Shown here: positions 47,869 to 55,724 of the stretch, in pieces
Numbering within the stretch: position 1 is the stretch's first letter
Layout: every line of letters starts with the position of its first letter
DNA from: an uncultured Balneolaceae bacterium
GTDB taxonomy: Bacteria > Bacteroidota > Rhodothermia > Balneolales > Balneolaceae
Direction of reading: 5' to 3'
Assembly (NCBI GenBank): GCA_964590495.1
Contig: CAZPWQ010000001.1
Span: forward strand, 13,502-77,501
Length of the DNA stretch: 64,000 nt
Notes under the pieces: model-generated
Told to the model about the DNA's origin: nothing
Databases searched by the model: none
Seen by the model: only the letters and a program-made list of their open reading frames with translations
Position numbers and translations under genes: made by a program

Positions 47869-49026
47869 CTATTGTTTAAATTTTGTCCACTTCTTATCGC
47901 TTTTATTGGATTCAATCAGCGTATCGATAAAGGCGATGCCGCGCACACCGTCGTGTACTGTTGGGAAATCCAGATGCTCAGGGGCGGGTTTCTCTCCGCT
48001 TAACCGGCTGCCCAGTGCCTGTGCAAAGTTTCTGTAAACATTTGCAAAGGCTTCTATGAAACCCTCGGGATGACCTGCGGGAAGCCTGGTGTTTAGTGTC
48101 GCATTTTCACCGATATAAGGATTTCCTGTTCGATATTTTTCTTCAGGTTGTCCCTGGTGTTTGACGTACAACGTATTTGGCTCTTCCTGATGCCATTCCA
48201 ACCCGCCTTTTTCTCCATAGACATAAATTTTGAGCGAGTTCTCTTCACCCACGCTTATCTGGCTAGCATGAAGCACACCTTTTGCACCGTTTTCAAAACG
48301 CAATAATACGTTTCCGTCGTCATCCAATGGACGGCCTTCTACAAAGGTACTCAGGTCGGCACACAGCTCGGAAATTTGCAAACCGGTTACATATTCAGCC
48401 AGGTTCTCGGCATGCGTTCCGATATCTCCCATGGCTCCTGCCGGACCTGCTTTCTCAGGATCGGTACGCCACGAGGCCTGTTTATTCCCTTCCTCCTCCA
48501 GTTTGGTGGCGAGCCATCCCTGCGGATACTCTACTACAATCTTCCGGATTTCTCCCAGGTCGCCCTCTTCAACCATCTGGCGCGCCTGTTTTACCATCGG
48601 ATACCCGGTATAATTGTGCGTCAGTGCAAACAGCAATCCGGTATCCTCAACCAGTGACTGCAGCTCCCTGGCTTCCTTCAGATTTACCGTCATTGGCTTG
48701 TCACATACAACGTGGAATCCATTTTCCAAAGCCAGTTTGGCCGGTGGAAAATGCAAATGATTCGGAGTGACGATAGATACAAAATCCATCCTTTCCCCTT
48801 CCGGAAATTCTTTCTCCTTCTTGATCATCTCCTCAAACGAACCGTATGCACGATCTTCGTCGAGAAACAGCTCTTTGCCGGTAGCCTTTGATTTTTCAGG
48901 ACTGCTGCTGAAAGCTCCACACACCAGTTCGATATACCCGTCGAGTGCGGCAGCTTTACGATGGACTTCTCCGATAAAAGCCCCTTTGCCACCGCCGACC
49001 ATTCCCATTCTCACTTTTCTTTCCAT
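47869..49026 (-). CDS. Gfo/Idh/MocA-family NAD(P)-dependent oxidoreductase, cytoplasmic
   Basis: 385 aa. Rossmann start VRMGMVGGGKGAFIGEVHRKAA; DFVSIVTPNHLHFPPAKLALENGFHVVCDKPM. No signal peptide. Confidence 0.92.
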   Translation of the reverse strand: MERKVRMGMVGGGKGAFIGEVHRKAAALDGYIELVCGAFSSSPEKSKATGKELFLDEDRAYGSFEEMIKKEKEFPEGERMDFVSIVTPNHLHFPPAKLALENGFHVVCDKPMTVNLKEARELQSLVEDTGLLFALTHNYTGYPMVKQARQMVEEGDLGEIRKIVVEYPQGWLATKLEEEGNKQASWRTDPEKAGPAGAMGDIGTHAENLAEYVTGLQISELCADLSTFVEGRPLDDDGNVLLRFENGAKGVLHASQISVGEENSLKIYVYGEKGGLEWHQEEPNTLYVKHQGQPEEKYRTGNPYIGENATLNTRLPAGHPEGFIEAFANVYRNFAQALGSRLSGEKPAPEHLDFPTVHDGVRGIAFIDTLIESNKSDKKWTKFKQ

Positions 49027-49124
49027 AATAATTTTAGAAGTTAGATTAAAAAATTTTATTCCTGCATGTGGAATTAAAAAAGAATATTGATAAAAATCAT
49101 TTGTAATGCAGTAATTTCGATTCC

Positions 49125-49333
49125 TATCTCGTCCCGGTGTCTTTCCCGACTGCTGTCAGTGCTCTGCTCCGTGACGGAAAAACCAACCGCCCTGCTGCCG
49201 TTAGCTGCGCTATTTTTAAAATGTTGGGACAACTTTTCAACTAAACTGCATGTTGCGGAGCAAAGCTCCGCGTATAATCAATTGCCTTTTCATAATTCAT
49301 CGACGTCCCGCAGCAGAGCTACGGGACGAGATA
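49125..49333. repeat. MITE-like 209-bp element with perfect 12-bp terminal inverted repeats
   Basis: TATCTCGTCCCG (49125-49136) and CGGGACGAGATA (49322-49333) are exact reverse complements. The right end also forms the hairpin CGTCCCG (49304-49310) / CGGGACG (49322-49328). Internal segment TCCCGACTGCTGTCAGTGCTCTGCTCC recurs at 35023-35053. No coding capacity except the spurious ORF 49087..49350. Confidence 0.6.
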
Positions 49334-49382
49334 AAAAAAGGGTGAGATAGATTATATCTGTAACCTGTTATATAAATGCAGG

Positions 49383-52300
49383 TTAGTCAGATGCTAAATC
49401 CCCGGAAAAGGAAACTGTTCTTGTATTCCGCCTGAAGTCGGTAATATCTATTGATTGCACATTATCATTTATCAGTATAAAACGGCCGGAGGAGGATAAA
49501 AAAGAGGAACCATAGTAAAATTCAACTTTGCGGCTGCTTCCATCTTCATAATGTATGACTGCAGATTGATCCATGTCATCAGCCTGGAAAATTTTCGAGG
49601 TCTGTGTCGTTTGGAAAAGTTTTAAAGGTCCCCGGTTTTGAGCCGTTGCAACCAGCGGTGAATCATTTACTCCTTTCAATTTTACCAATGCCTTGGCATC
49701 CCCCGGCACAAAAAAGCCGCTCTCTTCAAAACTCTTCACATCAAAACCACCCGTTCCGTCTCCGGTCAGCACCAGCCCGTTCAGAGCATCCGCTCTGCTC
49801 ACCGACAATTCCATGCCATGGTCATTACCGGTTAACACCACATCAAGATTCCCATCTCCATTCACATCTTCTGCTAAACAGCCATAAACAGGCGCCCACT
49901 GTGCTTCATCAGGCAACGGAGTGATGACAAATTTCCCGTTCCCCCTATTTTCTATGAAAGAAGTTTCCATATGGTTAGCCTGGTAATTCAATATGCTATT
50001 GGTTTCAAATAGTGAAAGAATTTCATCCATCGTAACCCGGGCAAAGGCATGATTGGTTTCATACTTTTCCCCGATAGCAGGTAACTGTTTAGTCAGGTCT
50101 CCAAGTCCGTGATATGGAACTTCAACCCTGTAGCCATCACGTTCCATTTTGCTGTATATGGATGGAATCGCATCGAACATGCCGTTATTATCAAAATCGG
50201 AAGCATATATATTTACCGGATACTTCTCATCTGCCTGGAAATAGGTATTTGTTCCAATGTTACCGGCTATATAATCAATATCACCATCATTATCGAAATC
50301 CCCACCGCACAGACTGTTCCACCAGCCCTTATAATCAGCCAGACCTGTGCTGTCAGTTACATCAACAAAGCTGCCGGAATCATTTTTTAAAAACCTGAGC
50401 GACATCCATTCGCCCGCCAATATCAGATCGACCCATCCGTCGTTATTAAAATCGGTCCATAGTGCATCAGAAACCATCCCAAATTCATCAAGCAGAGGAG
50501 CTACTTCCTTATTGGCAATTTGAAAACGTATCTCCCCGTGGTCTGAGACATTCTCAAGGATATAGCTGTCCACCGGTTCCGGATACCGTTGAGGGCTTAC
50601 CCGTCCTGCTACAAACAAGTCCAGGTCTCCGTCCCTGTCAAAATCTGCTGCCCGTACCACCGAACCGCTTGAGAGAAAAGACGGAAGAGCATCATTCACC
50701 AGGCGGAATCTACCCTCCTCATTTATAAACAGCCGGTCTTGGTACGCCTTGTCTCCACGGGGATGCTCATAGCTCCCGCTTACTATAAAGAGATCGTCGT
50801 CGCCATCACCATCGGCATCAAAAAAAAGGCTGCTCAGTTCCTCTTCCCGGTTTTCCCGGTCATCCCCCAAAAGAAGATCTTCTTCTGAAAACGTTCCATC
50901 CTGTTGCTGAATAAGGAATACTCCTCTATGATCGAATGATCCGGATATATAAATATCGTTTAATCCGTTGCTGTTTACGTCGCCAACCGCCAGCCCCGGT
51001 CCGTATTGGGACAGTTTATGTGGCAGCAGCGGCTGAACATTGAAATCATTGTAATCCCATTCTTCATGCACATAATCGATAGAAAGCTCATCTGTAATAT
51101 TCTGAAACAAACTCTTTTGCCGGTCGGGGGGATTCGATTCCTCGTTCGCCTTTTCTGATGCGTTCTTTTGATACACCGTAAGTTCCTGGTTGGATTCGAC
51201 ATTCCGGATCACCTGGCTCTTGCCGCCGGGCCAGTTCACTGTCAGTTTATCTGCTATTGTATTGTTACCCAGACCAAAATGGACAACCGGTTCCACGCTG
51301 GATATATACCCTCTGTATGTGGTATATTCCTGATATTGCTTTTCTCCATCACCATACTCAATTTCGACATGTGCTCCCAGTCCCATGGTATTATCTCCCG
51401 TTCCCTCGAACCTGATTCTCAAATAATTATTTTCTTCGGGATGTATTTCAGACAGGCGATTTCGAAAAATAAATACGGGATCATTAATATTGTTTACCAC
51501 CAGATCCAGACTGCCGTCATTATTGAAGTCGGCCTGAGCGGCCCCATAGGAAAAGGAGGGTATTTTCATACCCCACTTCTCGGTTACATCCTCAAAACGC
51601 AAGCTGTGGTTATCCCCCTCCCCTTTATTTCGGTAGATGTAATTACTGACTTTTTCAGAAGGTAACTGCTCCAACAAGTCTTGTATGGATAAATAGCGGG
51701 GATACATCTGAAACAAATCTTCAAAATCATTATCTGTCATATCCTTTGGAAAACCGTTCGTAATAAGGATATCCCGCCATCCGTCATTGTCAAAATCCAT
51801 CAGCAGGGGAGCCCAGCTCCAGTCTGTTTCTGCTATACCTGAATGGATAGCTACATCACTGTAAAACGGCTGACCGGTTTCAGGATTCTTACCCTGATAA
51901 ACCTGTAAGACATTTCTTACGAACTGGGAATCATAATTATTTTTTTTGTTTTTCAGATAAGCCGAATAATCATTAGCCCGGATCATTTTTTTCTTTCTCT
52001 CATTATCCTCGGGACGCATATCCACCACCACTACTTCCGGGAAACCATCGTTATTAAGATCAGCCACGTCGTTACCCATGGCGGCATAAGCCGTATGTTT
52101 AAAAATCTGTCCGGATTGATCCGTAAAATTGCCGTTCCCATCATTTAGATAAAGTAAGTCATTGGTAAAAAAATCATTAGCAATGATAATATCTTTCGAT
52201 CCGTCGCGGTTTATATCGGCAATATTCAACCCCAGGCCATAACCTGGTTCTGAAATTCCAGCTTCTTCGCTGACTTCCCGGAACCATGGATGTCCCAGAG

Positions 52301-53003
52301 AATCAACTCCCTCATTTCTGTAAAGTATGTCTTTTGTTACACCTATATCCGGAATTCTTTGGGGGCCATCCCGGCGCATTGAATTATTTCTGTTGAACTG
52401 GTTCACCATCAAAAACAGATCCAGATCTCCATCATTATCATAATCAAAAAAAGTAGCCATAGTGGTGTGGGCTGTATCCGCAACATTGTACTCGGCGGCC
52501 ATCTCCCTGAATACCGGTACGTCATTCTCATTTACGCCCTGGTTAATGTAAAAAAGATTGGTGCGGTGTTTCGATTCGTCATTAGTTGTGGCACAAACAT
52601 AAATATCCATAAGACCGTCATTATTAATATCCACTACAGCCACCCCCGAGCTCCAAGTTCCCTCAGCAGCTACATTCGCTTCTTCCGAAACATTATCGAA
52701 TTTAAAGTCCCCCATGTTCAGGTAAAGCTCGTTATCCACCATAAGACCGGTAAAATAGATATCCTGCAGGCCATTATTATTAAAATCAGCAATGGCTACT
52801 CCCCCACCATTATATATATTTGTATAATTGATAATATTCAGCGTGTCATTCTCCGCCATCTCATTCGAAAACGTCACCCCCGTCTCTTCGGCAGATAATC
52901 GTTCAAATAGCGGCTCATTTTTAGTACAGGCTGCTGTCAGGAGAGCTAACACCAGTCCCATTAGCCATAGTATCTGCCTGTCCCTGTCATGTTCTTTCAT
53001 CAA
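49383..53003 (-). CDS. FG-GAP/VCBS repeat + UnbV/ASPIC (CRTAC1-like) lipoprotein D
   Basis: 1206 aa. Lipobox LALLTAACTKNE. Repeats DFNNNGLQDIY, DINNDGLMDIY, DYDNDGDLDLF, DINRDGSKDII, DLNNDGFPEVV, DFDNDGWRDIL, DFNNDGSLDLV. UnbV-like RGYISSVEPVVHFGLGN. Second propeller DVNSNGLNDIY, DADGDGDDDLF, DFDRDGDLDLF, DFNNDGWVDLI, DFDNDGDIDYI, DVNGDGNLDVV. Confidence 0.9.
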   Translation of the reverse strand: MMKEHDRDRQILWLMGLVLALLTAACTKNEPLFERLSAEETGVTFSNEMAENDTLNIINYTNIYNGGGVAIADFNNNGLQDIYFTGLMVDNELYLNMGDFKFDNVSEEANVAAEGTWSSGVAVVDINNDGLMDIYVCATTNDESKHRTNLFYINQGVNENDVPVFREMAAEYNVADTAHTTMATFFDYDNDGDLDLFLMVNQFNRNNSMRRDGPQRIPDIGVTKDILYRNEGVDSLGHPWFREVSEEAGISEPGYGLGLNIADINRDGSKDIIIANDFFTNDLLYLNDGNGNFTDQSGQIFKHTAYAAMGNDVADLNNDGFPEVVVVDMRPEDNERKKKMIRANDYSAYLKNKKNNYDSQFVRNVLQVYQGKNPETGQPFYSDVAIHSGIAETDWSWAPLLMDFDNDGWRDILITNGFPKDMTDNDFEDLFQMYPRYLSIQDLLEQLPSEKVSNYIYRNKGEGDNHSLRFEDVTEKWGMKIPSFSYGAAQADFNNDGSLDLVVNNINDPVFIFRNRLSEIHPEENNYLRIRFEGTGDNTMGLGAHVEIEYGDGEKQYQEYTTYRGYISSVEPVVHFGLGNNTIADKLTVNWPGGKSQVIRNVESNQELTVYQKNASEKANEESNPPDRQKSLFQNITDELSIDYVHEEWDYNDFNVQPLLPHKLSQYGPGLAVGDVNSNGLNDIYISGSFDHRGVFLIQQQDGTFSEEDLLLGDDRENREEELSSLFFDADGDGDDDLFIVSGSYEHPRGDKAYQDRLFINEEGRFRLVNDALPSFLSSGSVVRAADFDRDGDLDLFVAGRVSPQRYPEPVDSYILENVSDHGEIRFQIANKEVAPLLDEFGMVSDALWTDFNNDGWVDLILAGEWMSLRFLKNDSGSFVDVTDSTGLADYKGWWNSLCGGDFDNDGDIDYIAGNIGTNTYFQADEKYPVNIYASDFDNNGMFDAIPSIYSKMERDGYRVEVPYHGLGDLTKQLPAIGEKYETNHAFARVTMDEILSLFETNSILNYQANHMETSFIENRGNGKFVITPLPDEAQWAPVYGCLAEDVNGDGNLDVVLTGNDHGMELSVSRADALNGLVLTGDGTGGFDVKSFEESGFFVPGDAKALVKLKGVNDSPLVATAQNRGPLKLFQTTQTSKIFQADDMDQSAVIHYEDGSSRKVEFYYGSSFLSSSGRFILINDNVQSIDITDFRRNTRTVSFSGDLASD

Positions 53004-53168
53004 AATGTTTTTTATTGCAAACGGTAATATTGAGATATTTTAACAACTAGTAAAAGTGCAAAGTGAAACTTTTCTTTGCAACTATTATTTATCAGGATTT
53101 TAATTACGTTTTGTTTGGGCTTATAGCCTTACTATTATTAAACGTTTAGCTGAACCAGAGCCAACGGT

Positions 53169-54677
53169 ATGGGAAAAGGAAAAATAATATTCGCTGCGGG
53201 GGTAGTAATAATCCTTGTTTGTATTGTTGCCTTATTCGAGAATGATCTGTTCTTCATCCCTGATAATTGGGAACAAAAAATACCGGATATAGGATCTTCA
53301 TCCTCTCCGGGGACCGCCGACCTGAACAGTGACGGAATACTCGATATTGTGATGGGCGGCGGAGGACCTGAATTCGCATCAACCGAGCATGGAGTATTTG
53401 CCCTGGACGGAAAGGATGGCTCCCTCTTATGGTCGGTGCCGGCCAGAAATCAAGTGGTGGGTTCTCCCGTGTTCAAGGATCTGAACAACGACGAAACGCC
53501 TGACGTCATCATCGGAGGACGGACGGGAATATTATATGCCATCAATGGAAAATCAGGAGAACTTTTCTGGGAATTCATGCCTGATCATGAATCCATGGAT
53601 ATTGTTAACGACCGCTCCATTCTAAACTTTTACAATCCCCAGTTTATTCCCGATCAGGACGGAGATGGTATTGAAGATATTCTTATTGCGTATGGGGGCT
53701 TTATAAAAGCTCCACCCGAAGAAACAGATCGTCCCGCCGGCAGTCTCATGGTGATCAGCTCCAAAGCGGGTATGGAACTGGCTAAAGCTGAAGTGCCTGA
53801 TGGCAGAGAGACATATATGTCACCGCTCGTTCATGATTTTGAGGGAAATGGAGAGTTGTCCGTTCTTTTTGGTTCGGGAGGTGAAACCATAAACGGCCAT
53901 TTTTACAAGACCAGTCTGGAAAGTGTGCTTCAGGAAAATCTGTCTAAAGCAACGGTGCTTGCTGACGGGAGAGGAAAAGGTTTTATTTCCCCACCGGTAT
54001 TAACTGACATTACAGGAGATGGAATCAAAGATATCATAGTAAACTCTGTAAACGGAAAGATTCTTTCATTTGACGGTTCCACCGAAAAACTTCTGTGGGA
54101 GTCCGATATCGGCGATGAATTCGAAGGATATACAACACCATCTCCGGGAAACTTTAACAGCGACAATACAATCGATTTTTTCGTCAGCTACGGACATGGC
54201 ATCTGGCCGGATATAGACTTTGCCTACCAGGTTATCCTGGACGGTAAAGACGGATCCGTTATATCGAAAGATACCGCCGGGACATTTCAGTATGCCTCTC
54301 CCCTAACCTTTGATTTTAACGAAGACGGCCGTGATGAAGTCCTTGTTGTAATCAATAAAAAAGAAGAACAGGAAACCGGTCTTTCTTCCCTGGAGATCTA
54401 TGTTAATGAAATGATGGTTTACGATCCCCACAACCGGGATATATACCGGCTACATGAGAAAAAACCAGGATCGAACCTGGGATCAACGCCCCTGCTGACT
54501 GATCTGGACGGTGATGGATACCTCGATATCATTTACAGCTATATGGATGACGCTTTTAATTTTTACTCTTTCAAATCTTTTACGATTGAACGTATTGAAA
54601 CAAGCATTAAAGTTGACCTACCTGTAAAATGGGGGGAATACATGGGGCCGGAACATGACGGTGTTTATCAGAAGTGA
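53169..54677 (+). CDS. membrane-anchored FG-GAP / PQQ-like beta-propeller repeat protein
   Basis: 502 aa. N-terminal TM IIFAAGVVIILVCIVALF. Eight D-x-(N/D)-x-D-G-type loops (DLNSDGILDIV, DLNNDETPDVI, DQDGDGIEDIL, DFEGNGELSVL, DITGDGIKDII, NFNSDNTIDFF, DFNEDGRDEVL, DLDGDGYLDII). Interleaved BamB/PQQ-like strands (LYAINGKSGELFWEF, ILSFDGSTEKLLWES). Confidence 0.8.
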   Translation: MGKGKIIFAAGVVIILVCIVALFENDLFFIPDNWEQKIPDIGSSSSPGTADLNSDGILDIVMGGGGPEFASTEHGVFALDGKDGSLLWSVPARNQVVGSPVFKDLNNDETPDVIIGGRTGILYAINGKSGELFWEFMPDHESMDIVNDRSILNFYNPQFIPDQDGDGIEDILIAYGGFIKAPPEETDRPAGSLMVISSKAGMELAKAEVPDGRETYMSPLVHDFEGNGELSVLFGSGGETINGHFYKTSLESVLQENLSKATVLADGRGKGFISPPVLTDITGDGIKDIIVNSVNGKILSFDGSTEKLLWESDIGDEFEGYTTPSPGNFNSDNTIDFFVSYGHGIWPDIDFAYQVILDGKDGSVISKDTAGTFQYASPLTFDFNEDGRDEVLVVINKKEEQETGLSSLEIYVNEMMVYDPHNRDIYRLHEKKPGSNLGSTPLLTDLDGDGYLDIIYSYMDDAFNFYSFKSFTIERIETSIKVDLPVKWGEYMGPEHDGVYQK

Positions 54678-54700
54678 AAAAAAATTTCATTGTGCCAAAA

Positions 54701-54733
54701 AGACCTCCAGGGCTTTCAAAACCTTGGAGGTCT
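54701..54733. terminator. hairpin between convergent genes (likely bidirectional terminator)
   Basis: AGACCTCCA (54701-54709) / TGGAGGTCT (54725-54733) 9-bp stem. An A-run lies upstream on the plus strand, which is a T-run downstream on the minus strand. Confidence 0.6.
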
Positions 54734-54763
54734 CATTACTTATACAAGGTCGCAACATTTACC

Positions 54764-55714
54764 CTACCAGAAAGCCTCTTCTTCGGGACATGAGATAAGT
54801 TCAGCCTGATCGTCACGACAGCTTTCAAATGGAATTATCTTACTGTCTATACCAATCATATAACCGAGTCCGTCTTCCACATTCGAGAAACCATCCGGAA
54901 TTGCATAAAGAAAATCGTCCATTGAAGCAATCTCTTCATTCCATTCCGGCCCTGCCGAAGCCACATAGATCTGCCGGTGCAATACCTCAATCTCTCCACT
55001 CCCATCCTGTGGAAGAAATTCCTGACTTTCAGCTATTATCCGTTGCATCTCCAAATGGGGCTGGATGAAAAAGCTGTATACTCCGCCATAGGTAGGTATT
55101 CGTTCTGCATTGTTTCTGTGGTAAAATGAAAATACCTTCCTCTCTTCGAAGTCCGGTGAATAAATACGGACATACCATATTGTTTGCACATCGGCCACAT
55201 GATCCACACTATCATCAATAAATAATGAATATGTAGTGGGTTGTGTAGGGGATGTTTCTCTCCGCAGGCGCGGGGTCGGCAACTCCTCCGGGACAGTAAC
55301 GGTAACGCGGCTTGCAGCCCCGTCCGGACTCTCTACTTTCAGCAGATAGGCTTCATCCAGTTCAATGTCCATTGTTGTCCGGAAATTGAGATATATAAAA
55401 GCACTGTCCGAAGCAAAAAGGGAATCATCCATAGTCACAGTTTCGCCGCTTTTCAGGTGTTTAAGTGTAACTTCGATATCCGGGGCAACAGCCGCTGTAT
55501 TAAACTCCTGCCGGGCCGGAGAAATACGCACCCATTGTGTGTCGGCCGAGGCGTCAAGATAGCCAAAGATTGAAAATGGATACCTGTCGTTTTCCTGGAA
55601 AGGCTGGAAGGACTCGCCGCAACCGGAAATAATGAGAATCAAACATGTAAAAATACCTAAATGAAATCCAATACGTGAATACTGAAAGCTGACCGCTGAA
55701 AGCTTTTTTTCCAT
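54764..55714 (-). CDS. DUF4249-like lipoprotein, paralogue P1 (directly downstream of the TonB-dependent receptor)
   Basis: 316 aa. Lipobox LILIISGCGES. Shares with P2/P4 the N-terminal block C-x-E-(S/T)-F-Q-P-(F/L)-Q-(E/D)-N...F-(S/A)-I-(F/Y)-GYLDA-x-ADTQW(V/I)R and the C-terminal block FSNVEDGLGYMIGI. The receptor-adjacent position is the usual DUF4249 context (family call from memory, unverified). Confidence 0.75.
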   Translation of the reverse strand: MEKKLSAVSFQYSRIGFHLGIFTCLILIISGCGESFQPFQENDRYPFSIFGYLDASADTQWVRISPARQEFNTAAVAPDIEVTLKHLKSGETVTMDDSLFASDSAFIYLNFRTTMDIELDEAYLLKVESPDGAASRVTVTVPEELPTPRLRRETSPTQPTTYSLFIDDSVDHVADVQTIWYVRIYSPDFEERKVFSFYHRNNAERIPTYGGVYSFFIQPHLEMQRIIAESQEFLPQDGSGEIEVLHRQIYVASAGPEWNEEIASMDDFLYAIPDGFSNVEDGLGYMIGIDSKIIPFESCRDDQAELISCPEEEAFW

Positions 55715-55724
55715 CTTACCCTCA

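Noticed and set aside
19045-53003. The 34-kb array as an integrative/conjugative or other mobile genomic island.
   Set aside because: No integrase, transposase, tRNA attachment site, conjugation gene or long direct repeats are present in the window. The flanking repeats are short hairpin elements rather than att sites.
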